A stretch of DNA of 63,403 bases, counting the filler, from Octopus bimaculoides (lineage: Eukaryota): NCBI RefSeq assembly GCF_001194135.2. It is 6 parts of 5 records of this genome, joined end to end, with 100 filler letters (N's around TTAATTAATTAA, not from the genome) between each part and the next. Parts side by side here need not be neighbours in the genome. Positions count along the whole stretch, not along the records: positions 48,674 to 54,197 come from NC_068981.1; positions 54,298 to 61,002 come from NC_068983.1; positions 61,103 to 63,403 come from NC_069010.1; 3 more parts are not named here. The stretch is one strand, 5' to 3'. The notes under the pieces were generated by a model. The model ran no database searches. It was not told the origin of the DNA and saw nothing but the letters and a program-made list of their open reading frames with translations. A program made the position numbers and the translations under genes. Of the stretch, positions 52,000 to 63,403 are shown in pieces (the stretch's first letter is position 1; every line of letters begins with the position of its first letter).

Positions 52000-54197
52000 G
52001 ATTGCACAATGGTTTCGAGGAGTCAAACATTATCAAAAAAATATACTACCCATATGGTATGTTATTCGCCGACATTTTAAATTTGGACGCATGTCTACAT
52101 GAAATTAAAAGTTTGCGTCTTTGGTTCAGAGCTTTCTTATCTTGGAATAAGATATGGAATTTTTCTAACAAACACAACTAGCATTTAATTGGTCTTTTAT
52201 GGGCACCGTGCCTGTAAGGTGATACTCTACCTAAAATCCTTCATGTCACGTTGAAAGGTCAGGCTTCATTTTCTTTTAGTTGCCAGACGTNNNNNNNNNN
52301 NNNNNNNNNNNNNNNNNNNNNNNNNNNNNNNNNNNNNNNNNNNNNNNNNNNNNNNNNNNNNNNNNNNNNNNNNNNNNNNNNNNNNNNNNNNNNNNNNNNN
52401 NNNNNNNNNNNNNNNNNNNNNNNNNNNNNNNNNNNNNNNNNNNNNNNNNNNNNNNNNNNNNNNNNNNNNNNNNNNNNNNNNNNNNNNNNNNNNNNNNNNN
52501 NNNNNNNNNNNNNNNNNNNNNNNNNNNNNNNTGGACTTTGGCTCTATACACAATACCTTTTTCTAGACATCTCCCTTCCAATGGACAGGAGGTTCTATCT
52601 TTGCAATTGCAGCTTTTTTTAAATGAGTTGGCATTATGGTTTTTGGCAATTATCTTGTTGTTGTGCTGGCTAATCAAAGAGGCGAAGTTTTTGCAGCAAG
52701 AATAGCTGATCTTAAGCGATCTTCTATTGAATATTCTGTAAAACTTATGATCAGGTTGAAAGTGCCTAGAGACTAATTTTAAAAATTCCTTACCTATATT
52801 AGTTCTTACGGCCATATTGAAAGCTGGGTTGAACCACAAAACTTTCCTAGTTCTAGTTCTACATGCTGCTAGCATTAGATTTGGTATACTGGATCCTCTC
52901 AGAGAATCCACTATTCCTTAAAGCACTATTATAATAAGGTGCTGCGTTATCGAATGTTGCCTCATCCGCAGAAATTGACGATATTCGCCTACCTATGTTA
53001 CTAAGTTTCTAAGAATAACAGGCGGATGGTTGGATCCTCTGCTAATATAGGATAGTTTACCATTAGGCTTTAGGTTTAAATATATCTGAATTCAAGTTTA
53101 AATTTACATCTAAGAAATCTACTTTTTTGAGGTTAGTATCTATTGTAATCCGCAAGCCTATTCTTTGGAAGAAAGCTATTAGATCCTTCCTAAGCTTATC
53201 TAATTCGTGGCCGTTTAAATTACAGGTGACTATAAGGCCGTCATCCCTATACAATCCTACGTCTATAAACGGAAATTCTAGTTTTAGATTGTGCAGAATG
53301 TAAGCTCCTATAAGCATACACAACTCAGCCCCGTTGTATGCCTCCATCGGTACATCGAAAAAAGAATCCTCACTCTTTTTAATCCAGGTGGATTCCTCAT
53401 AAAAAAGAAGTGATTTTCTTGCATGTATGATAATATCTATTTCCGAGCTATCGATGTTGACGTACTGTTTGGCGAATTCTAATGCTTTCAGGAGCACAGG
53501 TCTGGATATTGATGGGTAAAAATCAACAATATCAAACTGCGTAAATTTGCAGCTATGCTTATGGCTAATCCCTTTAAACCAACCTGTTACTGACTTATTA
53601 TTCTTCCAAATCCATAAATTTAAATCACTATCTAACTTAGTTAGAATTCGATCTAAAATATATTTGCTATTTCAGTTTTTGCAGGATTAATCAATCTACA
53701 TTTGGGGTTTCTATTAAAATTGGCTTTATGGTCTTTTAGGGTAATAAAAGCAGGTTTGGGGGAAAGGTATTCTATTCTATTGCTAATCTTAAGATTGTTA
53801 GCTATTCTTCTTGCCTCCAAATTCACCTATTTGTATAAATTTGTGTTATCTTTTTTGTATGTATCTGTGATGCTATTTGAAATTAGACTCTTGTAAACGT
53901 CCTTATCAACCGCATATAAGTTTTTGTCTTGTCGGAATTAATGAAGATCTTATTCAAGTTGTTGATTTCTGTAATTTTTTCTTTCATATCTCTCTGTAGA
54001 TGGTTGGTATATTTACGGAATCTAATTTTTCTAATAAGATTGAAAAGGTCCTTTTCGAAGGCTTCTAATTCTGGAATAAGTGGTGGATTTCTGGGAGATT
54101 TAAGTCCGTATTTGTTTCCGTTTGCTTTTCATTTAGTAGCAAAGGCTTTCCATATCAATCTTTGAACAAGCTCTTCTGTTTTCTCTATAAGACTTTT
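52000..54197 (-). mobile_element. Penelope-like retroelement (RT plus GIY-YIG endonuclease region), frameshifted, 5' end cut by a spacer
   Basis: KSPRNPPLIPELEAFEKDL..PAFITLKDHKANFNRNPKCRLINPAK..FTQFDIVDFYPSI..FFDVPMEAYNGAELC..GLYRDDGL..KVDFLDVNLNL..SNHPP..TRTRKVLWFNPAFNMAVRTNIGKEFL..SCNCKDRTSCPLEGRCLEKGIVYRAKV..LCLLEKFHIL..LNQRRKLLISCRH. Confidence 0.92.
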
Positions 54198-54297
54198 NNN
54201 NNNNNNNNNNNNNNNNNNNNNNNNNNNNNNNNNNNNNNNNNTTAATTAATTAANNNNNNNNNNNNNNNNNNNNNNNNNNNNNNNNNNNNNNNNNNNN
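54198..54297. other. Artificial scaffold spacer
   Basis: 44N-TTAATTAATTAA-44N. Confidence 0.95.
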
Positions 54298-54389
54298 ACA
54301 CACTTGCTGCTGTGGCAAAATGTGTTAGCAGTTATTTCTTTTTTCATTTATACACAAGTATGTGTGCGGGTGCCTAGTTGTACGTGTGA

Positions 54390-54437
<48 letters not shown>

Positions 54438-54780
54438 GTGCATTAATAACCTGACGCTGAACTGAATTATGTGAAGTTTAGTGGTGTGAGACATACATCG
54501 ATGAAGTTTTCAAAATTTTACTGCGTTTCCCCGAGCAAAATGTAAAACATTTAACCAATATCTTTCCAAAGCAATCCTCTCTATTTACATGCATCGTAAA
54601 ACTTATAATTCATTCCAAAAATGGGACAAATTCATGCCTTGCTTTTAGTTGAATTCTACTCAGGGCTTAGGGAAAAATTTAAATCATCAGTTTTGTCAAT
54701 AATACTGGTGCAATTTTTATCCATTATTGGCTGTATTAACATCTAAAATGCTAGCTTTCCTAAAAATAGATTATATTTCT

Positions 54781-55283
54781 ATTAAATGGAAAAAGGCGAG
54801 CATAAAAAGTAATATTCTTATGATTATAAACCTGGAAAGTTATTACACCTGTATAAGTATAGGACAAGTTATTACTTCTAGTAAAGTAATGAATAAGACG
54901 TTTTTACTTAAAACATTGCAGCAAAGAATGCCAGTTCTTCTAATTTCTCACTCTTTACAGTTCTCATCTTTAAAATTTATTGTACAAAACGGTTCAGTTA
55001 ATTTTAAGTTTGTCTAATTAGTCACTTTTTTCTGTATTGAAAGTAGTAAATTAGCCAAACTCTACTTAAATAAGTATAGTGTTATTTGTAAAACTATAAT
55101 AACATAAGATTCAATGTCTAAATTTTAATCTTAGCTGCAATATTTTAAGTAAAAATGTTCTTTTTCTTTACTTTACTAGAAGTAATAGCTTGTCCTATAC
55201 TTTTACTGGTGTAATAACTTGTAATTTTCCAGGTTTATAATCTGAAGTATATTATGTTTCTTGCTCGCATTTTTCCATGTAAT
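54781..55283. repeat. Long imperfect inverted repeat (arms about 54781-54927 and 55129-55283) with a smaller internal hairpin
   Basis: GATTATAAACCTGGAAA..ATAGGACAAG..TTACTTCTAGTAAAGTAA..TTTTTACTTAAAA.ATTGCAGC is matched in reverse complement on the right arm. Confidence 0.9.
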
Positions 55284-56137
55284 CCATAATTTTTACAGGC
55301 ATTACTGTTATAAGATAATTAATAATGTGTTAATTAATAACATAAGATTTTACCTTATAAAATATTGAAAGATAATATTTCAATTTTTCCATGTAAGTGA
55401 TGATAATATTCCAATGTTTTCATGTTTTATTTAAATATATGTTGTAATTGAAATATTTGATATTATCCATCCACACCAAATTAATGGCAGGGATTTTAAC
55501 GATGTTGTTGGTTGCACCAATGCTCTCCAAACGTTACAAACAACAAAACCCGAAGACCATCAGTTACCAAGCTCACCTTAAGTAACCTAATTTTGCAATA
55601 TTAAGTCAAGGAAATTCATTCAACGAAAAAACATTTCCAATGATTCCGGGATAGTATCATTTTTTTCTGAACCAAGATAAGGGATTTGCAGCATATTAGG
55701 TCTGTGTACTTGATTCCACGCAAATGTTTTTTTTTTTTCCTTAATGAAAATCGTGCGGGTGTTAATATAGAAATTGACCATAATGTTGTAATTTAGCCTC
55801 AAATCAGCCCTGATAGTGCAAACCTGTCATCAAAGACATTCCAGCCTTCAACAAACCGTCTTTTTAGGGAAAATTTAGGACATTACATACAATGGGTGTG
55901 TGATTGAGGTAGGGAGATACTTTGGCTGCTAGTTTTAGCATATTGAGCGACCAGGTATAGGCTTTTTCATTGGTTCGATTGCGTGATGAGATATTTTTAC
56001 ACATATATGCTATATGTATATATATATATATATATATATCAGCGCTAGGAGTTAGAGAGTAAGTCAAAAGCTGAGAGTTTCGTGTATTGTCACTTATCAA
56101 ACACGAATTTGTCCGTTGTCACTATGCAACTTCTGAC

Positions 56138-56570
56138 GAAACAACCTCTAAAGTACAACATTTTGTCAAAATCTTTAAGAGTAAATCCAGTTCTACGTGA
56201 CACATTGTGCCAGTATCGGAAGTTTGAAAGTGTTCAGTTAAAAAAAAATTAATTAAATAATCTGTACGTCTTATTTGATAGATCGGAAATGGATGAAAGG
56301 CAAAGTGGACCTCGGCGGAATTTGAACACAGAACGTAATGACAATACAATTTTTTTCAAAAACGTTAAGAGTAAACCATGTTCTATGTGACACAGTCTAC
56401 CAATATCGGAAGTTTGAATGTGTTTAGATAAAAAAAAAAATAATAAAAGATTAATTAAATAATCCGTACGTCAAAGACAACCGCGACGAAATTTGAACTC
56501 AAATCGATAAGTCAGACGAAATACCACCAAGCATTTTGTTCGGCGCGTTGGCGTTTCTGACAGCTTACTT
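56138..56570. repeat. Local tandem duplication of about 200 bp, each unit followed by a (-) strand SINE family 1 fragment
   Basis: TTAAGAGTAAA..GTTCTA.GTGACACA..TATCGGAAGTTTGAA..ATTAATTAAATAATC.GTACGTC at about 56175-56270 and 56366-56471. Confidence 0.8.
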
Positions 56571-58639
56571 TAGAAAGTATTTCATTTCAGAAATACATTC
56601 TTTATTCTTATTGCTAAAGCGTTACTTCTTCCTTCCTTACTTACTGATATGAAATTTCGTAACATTTTACTTCATTTTTTTTTCTACTAACTTTTGTTCA
56701 ACGGACTAACGATTCTGAATTCCTCATGCTTTTTTTCTATAATTTAAGTCTAAGAAAAGTATACTTTTAATTTAAATTTTAAAAAATTATGTTAAGATGA
56801 ATATCTGCCTTACTGCCCACCTGAGGTCTGACATATTGTGATGTAACTTTTTCCTACTAAACCAAAATTTAAACTATTTATGCCAAAGTGTAGCTGAGAA
56901 GGTGTCCTCTTTAAAACTACTAAAACTTGCAATTTACTTGAGAACTGAATTAGTGGTGAAGCATGGAGGCTGCTGCGATTGACGAAATGGTGGACTTAGG
57001 AATATATTCAACCACGGTAGGGGTTCAATGAAAAACTATGATACCAATGCGATATATTTTTCCAAAAAAAATTTCAAAGAAACTGTTGTCATGAATAAAA
57101 ATTATTGATATATGTGCGACACTCACTAAGTTGTTTGGTAAAAACTCACATTTTCCTTTTGATGTAAATCATTAAGATGATGATAACTATATATCTACTA
57201 AGAAATAGCTATATATACCGGCTAATAAAATACATTTACTTTGCTTAAATATATTCTTCGCTTAAGCATTATATGTATTATTAACTATGTACTAAACGTT
57301 CACTATTTTTTATGAAAATATATCTAAAACATTTATTAAACATAGTCTGAATAACTTTAAATGCACTTTCTACTATTTTCAAATCTAGATTAGTATGCAG
57401 TGTAGAGAAATGATACCCATACATGCTCTAAACTACTTTAACTTTTTGCCATTTGATTCAGGTTTGTACGCATATACAAATGTATGTACGTACGTTCGTA
57501 TATATGCATGCATGCATACATGTANNNNNNNNNNNNNNNNNNNNNNNNNNNNNNNNNNNNNNNNNNNNNNNNNNNNNNNNNNNNNNNNNNNNNNNNNNNN
57601 NNNNNNNNNNNNNNNNNNNNNNNNATATATCATGTATGAATGAATGTATATATTGGAAAACACCATAGGTCCCGTGTTTTATAGGGGATATGATAATTTG
57701 ATAGTAAAGAAAAAACAATTCCAAAAGAAAATTATTCTTAAAAGCCTGATTATCACCCAATTAATATCACTCACTTCAGCATGTCACAATTTTACTTAAA
57801 TGATATTTATGCAATCCTTGAATGTTCTTTGTTTCTTTGACTTGAACGAAATGTGTCGATAGCAAACCCATATTCAAATTTCCTTATGAAAGTAATCTAT
57901 TTTTCTCATATGCAGAAGACAACAAAACATATTTGCTAGTTAATTTAAAGTCACAAAGGCATACTGGTTTTCAATGTAACACATTGATTCTATTAGATTA
58001 GAAAAGCAAGATTTCTTTCTTCTAGTTTCTTTTTTTTTCTTTTTTTTTTGTCATCTGTTCAACTAAATGTCAAAATTTTCCGACATATTTCATTACAATG
58101 ACTGCTAAAACTGAAGAGATTTCAACCACAGGTTTTTAAACTTTGAAAAACAAAGTTTCATTTATAATAAAACGCTCGGTGTTTTAAGCAAGATGGTAGC
58201 TTTGTCTATTACTCATAGAACTGCTTTGTAAAGGCATTTCATTGATTGTGCTACTGTGACGACCGCGTTTATTGTACGCTTGTGTGACATTCTATTTTAG
58301 GTCAATAGTATTGCCCGTTCACTCATGACAGAAAATGAGATTGTAGCTTCTATTGATTCCGCTTCTGTGAAATGAATATGAACATCTTTTGTATTTAGGC
58401 AAGAACATGATATGCGTTCGTTTTAATGGAAACTTTCATAGCTAAATATGGAAGAATGTCAGTCTTTCGACCATGAGGATTCAGTTGATAGATCGAATGA
58501 TTTACCTACACTGTATTAAAGTGTAAGTTGCTGAATGCATCTGTAGCCTTAAGGTAATAATCAATTGGAATGGCTCTGACACTCTCTCTGATGTAACTAC
58601 TCGTGATGTTACCGGTAAAACCCATTGGGAAGCTTTGAT

Positions 58640-58750
58640 CGACACTGATCATGAAAAGTTACATAACCCGAAGATGTCGAGGTGTGGGATCGAACCTGGG
58701 ATTTGTGATAGCAAAATGACCTCTCAGATCTTAAGATATACAACGCCTAC
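58640..58750 (-). mobile_element. Decayed tRNA-derived SINE head
   Basis: (-) strand B-box CCCAGGTTCGATCCCAC. No complete cloverleaf is evident. Confidence 0.4.
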
Positions 58751-60237
58751 TACCAAAATAATTGCATTAATCTTTGTACATTTCAAACAGGTTGACGTCA
58801 TTTTCAGAAATAATGGTCATGTTTTCCGTTTCCAATACATGTAATATAGCGATGTAATTCAAAACAGGATCAAAATTTCGCCGCAGTATGAACTACCAGC
58901 TGTAAAAGTAACACATAAAGACATTATCAAACCTCCTGTCTTAAAATTTCAGACGCTTTATTAGAATTTTAAAAAGTTATTCAAACTTCTTGACTCTGTT
59001 GTGGAAATCTCTTCCATTTTAGCAATCAGTGTAATGGAATATGTCGAAATAATTTGACACTAACTTAAATAGATAACAAAACTTGATGCTGTGCTACTAT
59101 AATCGACTCAATCTGTCTTATTACAAGAATGTATACCTTCATGATTTTAAATTAATGGTGTAGATGATAAACAAGAACAGAACATGTAGTAAGACATTTC
59201 GGTGAATTAAATAAAATATATTGAAAAGTCGTTTCCGTTGTCATGCAAATTTACGGTGGTCAAAACCATTTTGAATAACATGCTTCATACTCGTTGAAAT
59301 TTAACACTACTTAACCTCACACTACGCTAAATGTTATATTTTGACAAAATGGAGTGGTAGCTTGCAGAGGAATGATTCTAATTGTTCAGACGATCGCATT
59401 TTCATGTATATCTGAAAGAATAAACGAATGGAACATTATTAGAAAATATGCAAAACGAAAAACGATGCAAATAGAAAACTGTAAATGAGAGGTTCAATAA
59501 CAGAGAACCTTAAATTAGCATATTAACATTCATATGATATAGAACACAACTGTTATGTACAGCTTTATTATCAGTTTTTCTAAAACCTTAATTAGATATA
59601 TCGTTTCCTATTGCAACATATCTCTACCATTATTTTAAATATATCAACTAATAGAAAAATCTTGCTATATGTCGTCTTAATTCTTTTCTTTTTTTTTTTT
59701 GTCATTCATAATTATCTTTTTATCTGCCAGTATTACTGACAGATAACAGGATTATTATGTATATTTCACAAGCATCCTAATGGTTCTATGAAATAATATG
59801 TGAAATACATTGCAAACGTTTATGCTAATTTACCTACAGTTCACACTGTAGCGATATCGTATTCAGTCATCAAACGCTTAAGGTTTAGTAATGCCCGTTT
59901 GGGAGGAATATAGAGAAGCATTCAGCAACTAACTATCGCAAAAGATTCTCTACTTGCAAGAGAATGAATGTACACTAGATAGGCTATGAATGATATACGT
60001 ATAGGGCGACAAAGCGACCACTGATATAATTAGTCTCTAATACAAAGAACAGCATTCGGAGCTATGTAGAGAAAATGAAGTTTGTAAATAGATCATCCAA
60101 TTTATAATATTTATATCTATTTCTGAATATTATGTTTCTATACATCAGCATAGCAATATCATAGTTATTGTCTATAGATTTCTGAGATGTATGATGCCGG
60201 TCATTCAAAATATATAAATATTCATATACATATACAT

Positions 60238-60269
<32 letters not shown>

Positions 60270-61002
60270 GCACACATATACGTATACATATATATATATA
60301 TTGCGAGCATTGAAGTGTTGCATAACAACGGAAATGTTTATCGAACTATATTTTATGGAATTCACTTACAGTTATGGTTACGGCACTATATTGTTTAATA
60401 TAATCGAGCTCATCACTAAATAGTCTCTCTACGTGTTCCGGATTGTCATCTATTCCATTTGATACAGGACCATTATTATTTGCATGAATGTTAGCTACAG
60501 TTTCATTCATAATTACACAAGCACCATCTAAATCCTCAACATTATAAAGACTTATGCCATATATTTATTTATTTACGTGGTTACATAAATATGTACCTCA
60601 TTGCGTATATATGTATGTGGGTATGAATATATATCTGTATACATACACCCACACTCACACAAACACAATAAAATATCACCCACAAATATATGCTTAAGAA
60701 AACTCGTCTAAATTTCTCACCATGTGAGGTATAATTTGACAGGTAACAATTTCTTCAGATGACAATAAAACAAATTTCATTTACGTATAGTATTGGCATA
60801 CACAAAACGGGTTAGCCCTGGATGAAATATTTGTTGAGAATCAGCTCATACTTTCATATAGACACACATATAATTATATCTATATCCTAGTCAGTATATA
60901 TACATATATGCATCTCCCTTTCTCTCTCTCGCCCTCACTCTCACTCTCTCTCTCTCTCTCTCTCTCTGTATATAAATATATACATATATGTGTGTGTGTG
61001 TG

Positions 61003-61102
61003 NNNNNNNNNNNNNNNNNNNNNNNNNNNNNNNNNNNNNNNNNNNNTTAATTAATTAANNNNNNNNNNNNNNNNNNNNNNNNNNNNNNNNNNNNNNNNNN
61101 NN
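61003..61102. other. Artificial scaffold spacer
   Basis: 44N-TTAATTAATTAA-44N. Confidence 0.95.
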
Positions 61103-61280
61103 GTGTCTTTTTCTTGGAGAAATTACAGTTGTTTCAAAGCCATTAATATAAAAAACAAGTTTTTCAAGAATAATAAAATACTGTTTATATATAATGAGGT
61201 TTCGTCAAATAGACACATCTTCTTGAATATCCCACGAAAAATCTAACACCTAACTAAATTGGTATATGTGTGTGTGTGCA

Positions 61281-61323
<43 letters not shown>

Positions 61324-61639
61324 ATACATACCTGTGTACAGACAAACGCACATACATATTTATATGCAGACATATATTTTCATCAGTGTATTACAACCAT
61401 GCTAGGGTACCATCTCGAGGTTTGAGGGGTTTATTTTAAGGCTTTCCCATTTATCCCCAGTATATCTTTCACACTGGTATCTATTATCAGCCATCTTGAA
61501 TTCTTGAATAGCTCGGTTTGCGGATATGAAGGGATGTGACATCGATTACAACACCGGGTTTCAAATTGGTGGAAACATAAACACAAGAGAGCAAATGCAC
61601 TCATAAACACATAGATATAAATACATGTGTGTGCACACT

Positions 61640-62322
<683 letters not shown>

Positions 62323-62499
62323 GTATCCAGCATCTTTCCCCATGAATATAATATGAGACACAATGTCACAAATAAGATGTACAACAACAAAAACAACAAC
62401 AATAGAACACACACACACACACCCACACACGTGACCAGCTATCCCATGAAGCAACACAATACCCTCTATTACACAATCACAGCACAAACAACTCTCCCA

Positions 62500-62830
62500 C
62501 TTCTACATGTGGGTGGGAGCATGAGGGAGAGAGGGGGGGAGAAAACGACAGTGGTGGAAGGAGGAGTAAGAGGAGGAATAAGAGAAGGACAAAGGAGAGG
62601 TGGGTATGAAGAGGAAGGCAGGGGGAAGGAAGTGAGGAATGAGAGGGGAGGCAAGCTAACACCCAGGGGCAATATGGAAGTGGAGGCGGTGTTGTTATTC
62701 TCCCTGTTGGTGGCGGTGGCAGTGGTGGTGGTTTTGGTGGTAGTGTTAAGGTTGTTGTTGTTGCTGTTGTTGATGATGGTGGTGGTGGTGGTGGTGGTAG
62801 TAGTATTGATGGTGGTGGTGGTGGTTTTTC
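62500..62830. repeat. GA-rich low-complexity tract plus (GGT)n/(GTT)n array
   Basis: Visible directly. Confidence 0.85.
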
Positions 62831-63403
62831 TCAGAGCTAGGTCAGCCCAGGTGGAGTAGAACTACCACCGAAAGCATGCCAGGTCCCGGCCATTGCCGCC
62901 AGGAGGCCCAACACTCAAAAGGAACTCAGCCAGCACTTTGCCCCCCGTGAGGCCCAATGCTCAAACAGTGCCCCTTACGTCACACCAGCATGGGTGCCAG
63001 TTACATGACCCCAACATCAGCCATGACTAAGATTTCACTTGGCTTAAACGGGTCTTCTATTGAAAAGACCTCGGGTGAAGGAGACGGTAATGTGTGGCTG
63101 AGTTTTAGAGTTCATTTAACTATAGGTGTGAATTTCTATGTCGAGAAGTACTCTCCAAACCAATAAGTCCAACAGAATGGATATTTCAAATGCATCGGCA
63201 GCAGTTGAATGCAGGTTAAGATCAGAACTAGTTTATACCGAAAATTATACAGAATCATTGATATACGATAATATGATGTGACTCTGGAGGGTTAAATTGT
63301 GGAAGAATTTGAGATAACGGTGAAAATAGTGAAGGCAGAGGAAGTGAAAGACACACACACACATATATATACATATATATTTATTGATATATATATATAT
63401 ATA

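Noticed and set aside
61190-61235. Hammerhead-like GAAGA..GTC-TATTT-GAC-GAAAC on - (a weaker case near 7590-7630)
   Set aside because: No GUH triplet or stem I can be assigned.
62353-62859. 168-aa Gly/Glu/Arg- and Val-rich ORF resembling a membrane protein
   Set aside because: Built from GA-rich and (GGT/GTT)n low-complexity DNA.

Overview
AT-rich, microsatellite-saturated animal genomic DNA. Its tRNA-headed SINEs and (ATG)n-tailed RTE LINE ends resemble octopus repeats as I recall them (inference; no database search was possible). The window is a draft assembly in six segments joined by five identical artificial spacers (44 N + TTAATTAATTAA + 44 N), with many (TA)n-flanked gaps. There is no complete protein-coding gene, rRNA or CRISPR array. 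Most ORF-track entries are microsatellite or N-gap artefacts. Recognisable content is mostly a transposon graveyard: a HERO-like non-LTR 3' end, a mariner 5' half, six R4/Dong-like LINE fragments tied to (TAA)n arrays, a Ty3/Gypsy gag-protease relic, a near-complete Penelope-like element, a Helitron-like 5' end, hAT and piggyBac-type MITEs, an LTR-like repeat in two copies, and many SINE and RTE tails. Two convincing isolated host exons are present on the + strand. One (17776-17896) encodes an RxKR site followed by C-x5-C-x5-C, suggesting a secreted Cys-rich precursor; the other (48069-48121) encodes a coiled-coil-like peptide. The best leads are: degenerate, dimer-type hammerhead-ribozyme motifs in short (TA)n-associated repeats near the Penelope element; a candidate 3-nt microexon; microsatellite-targeted R4/Dong insertions; long inverted repeats that could form dsRNA; and a CpG-decay contrast between segments.
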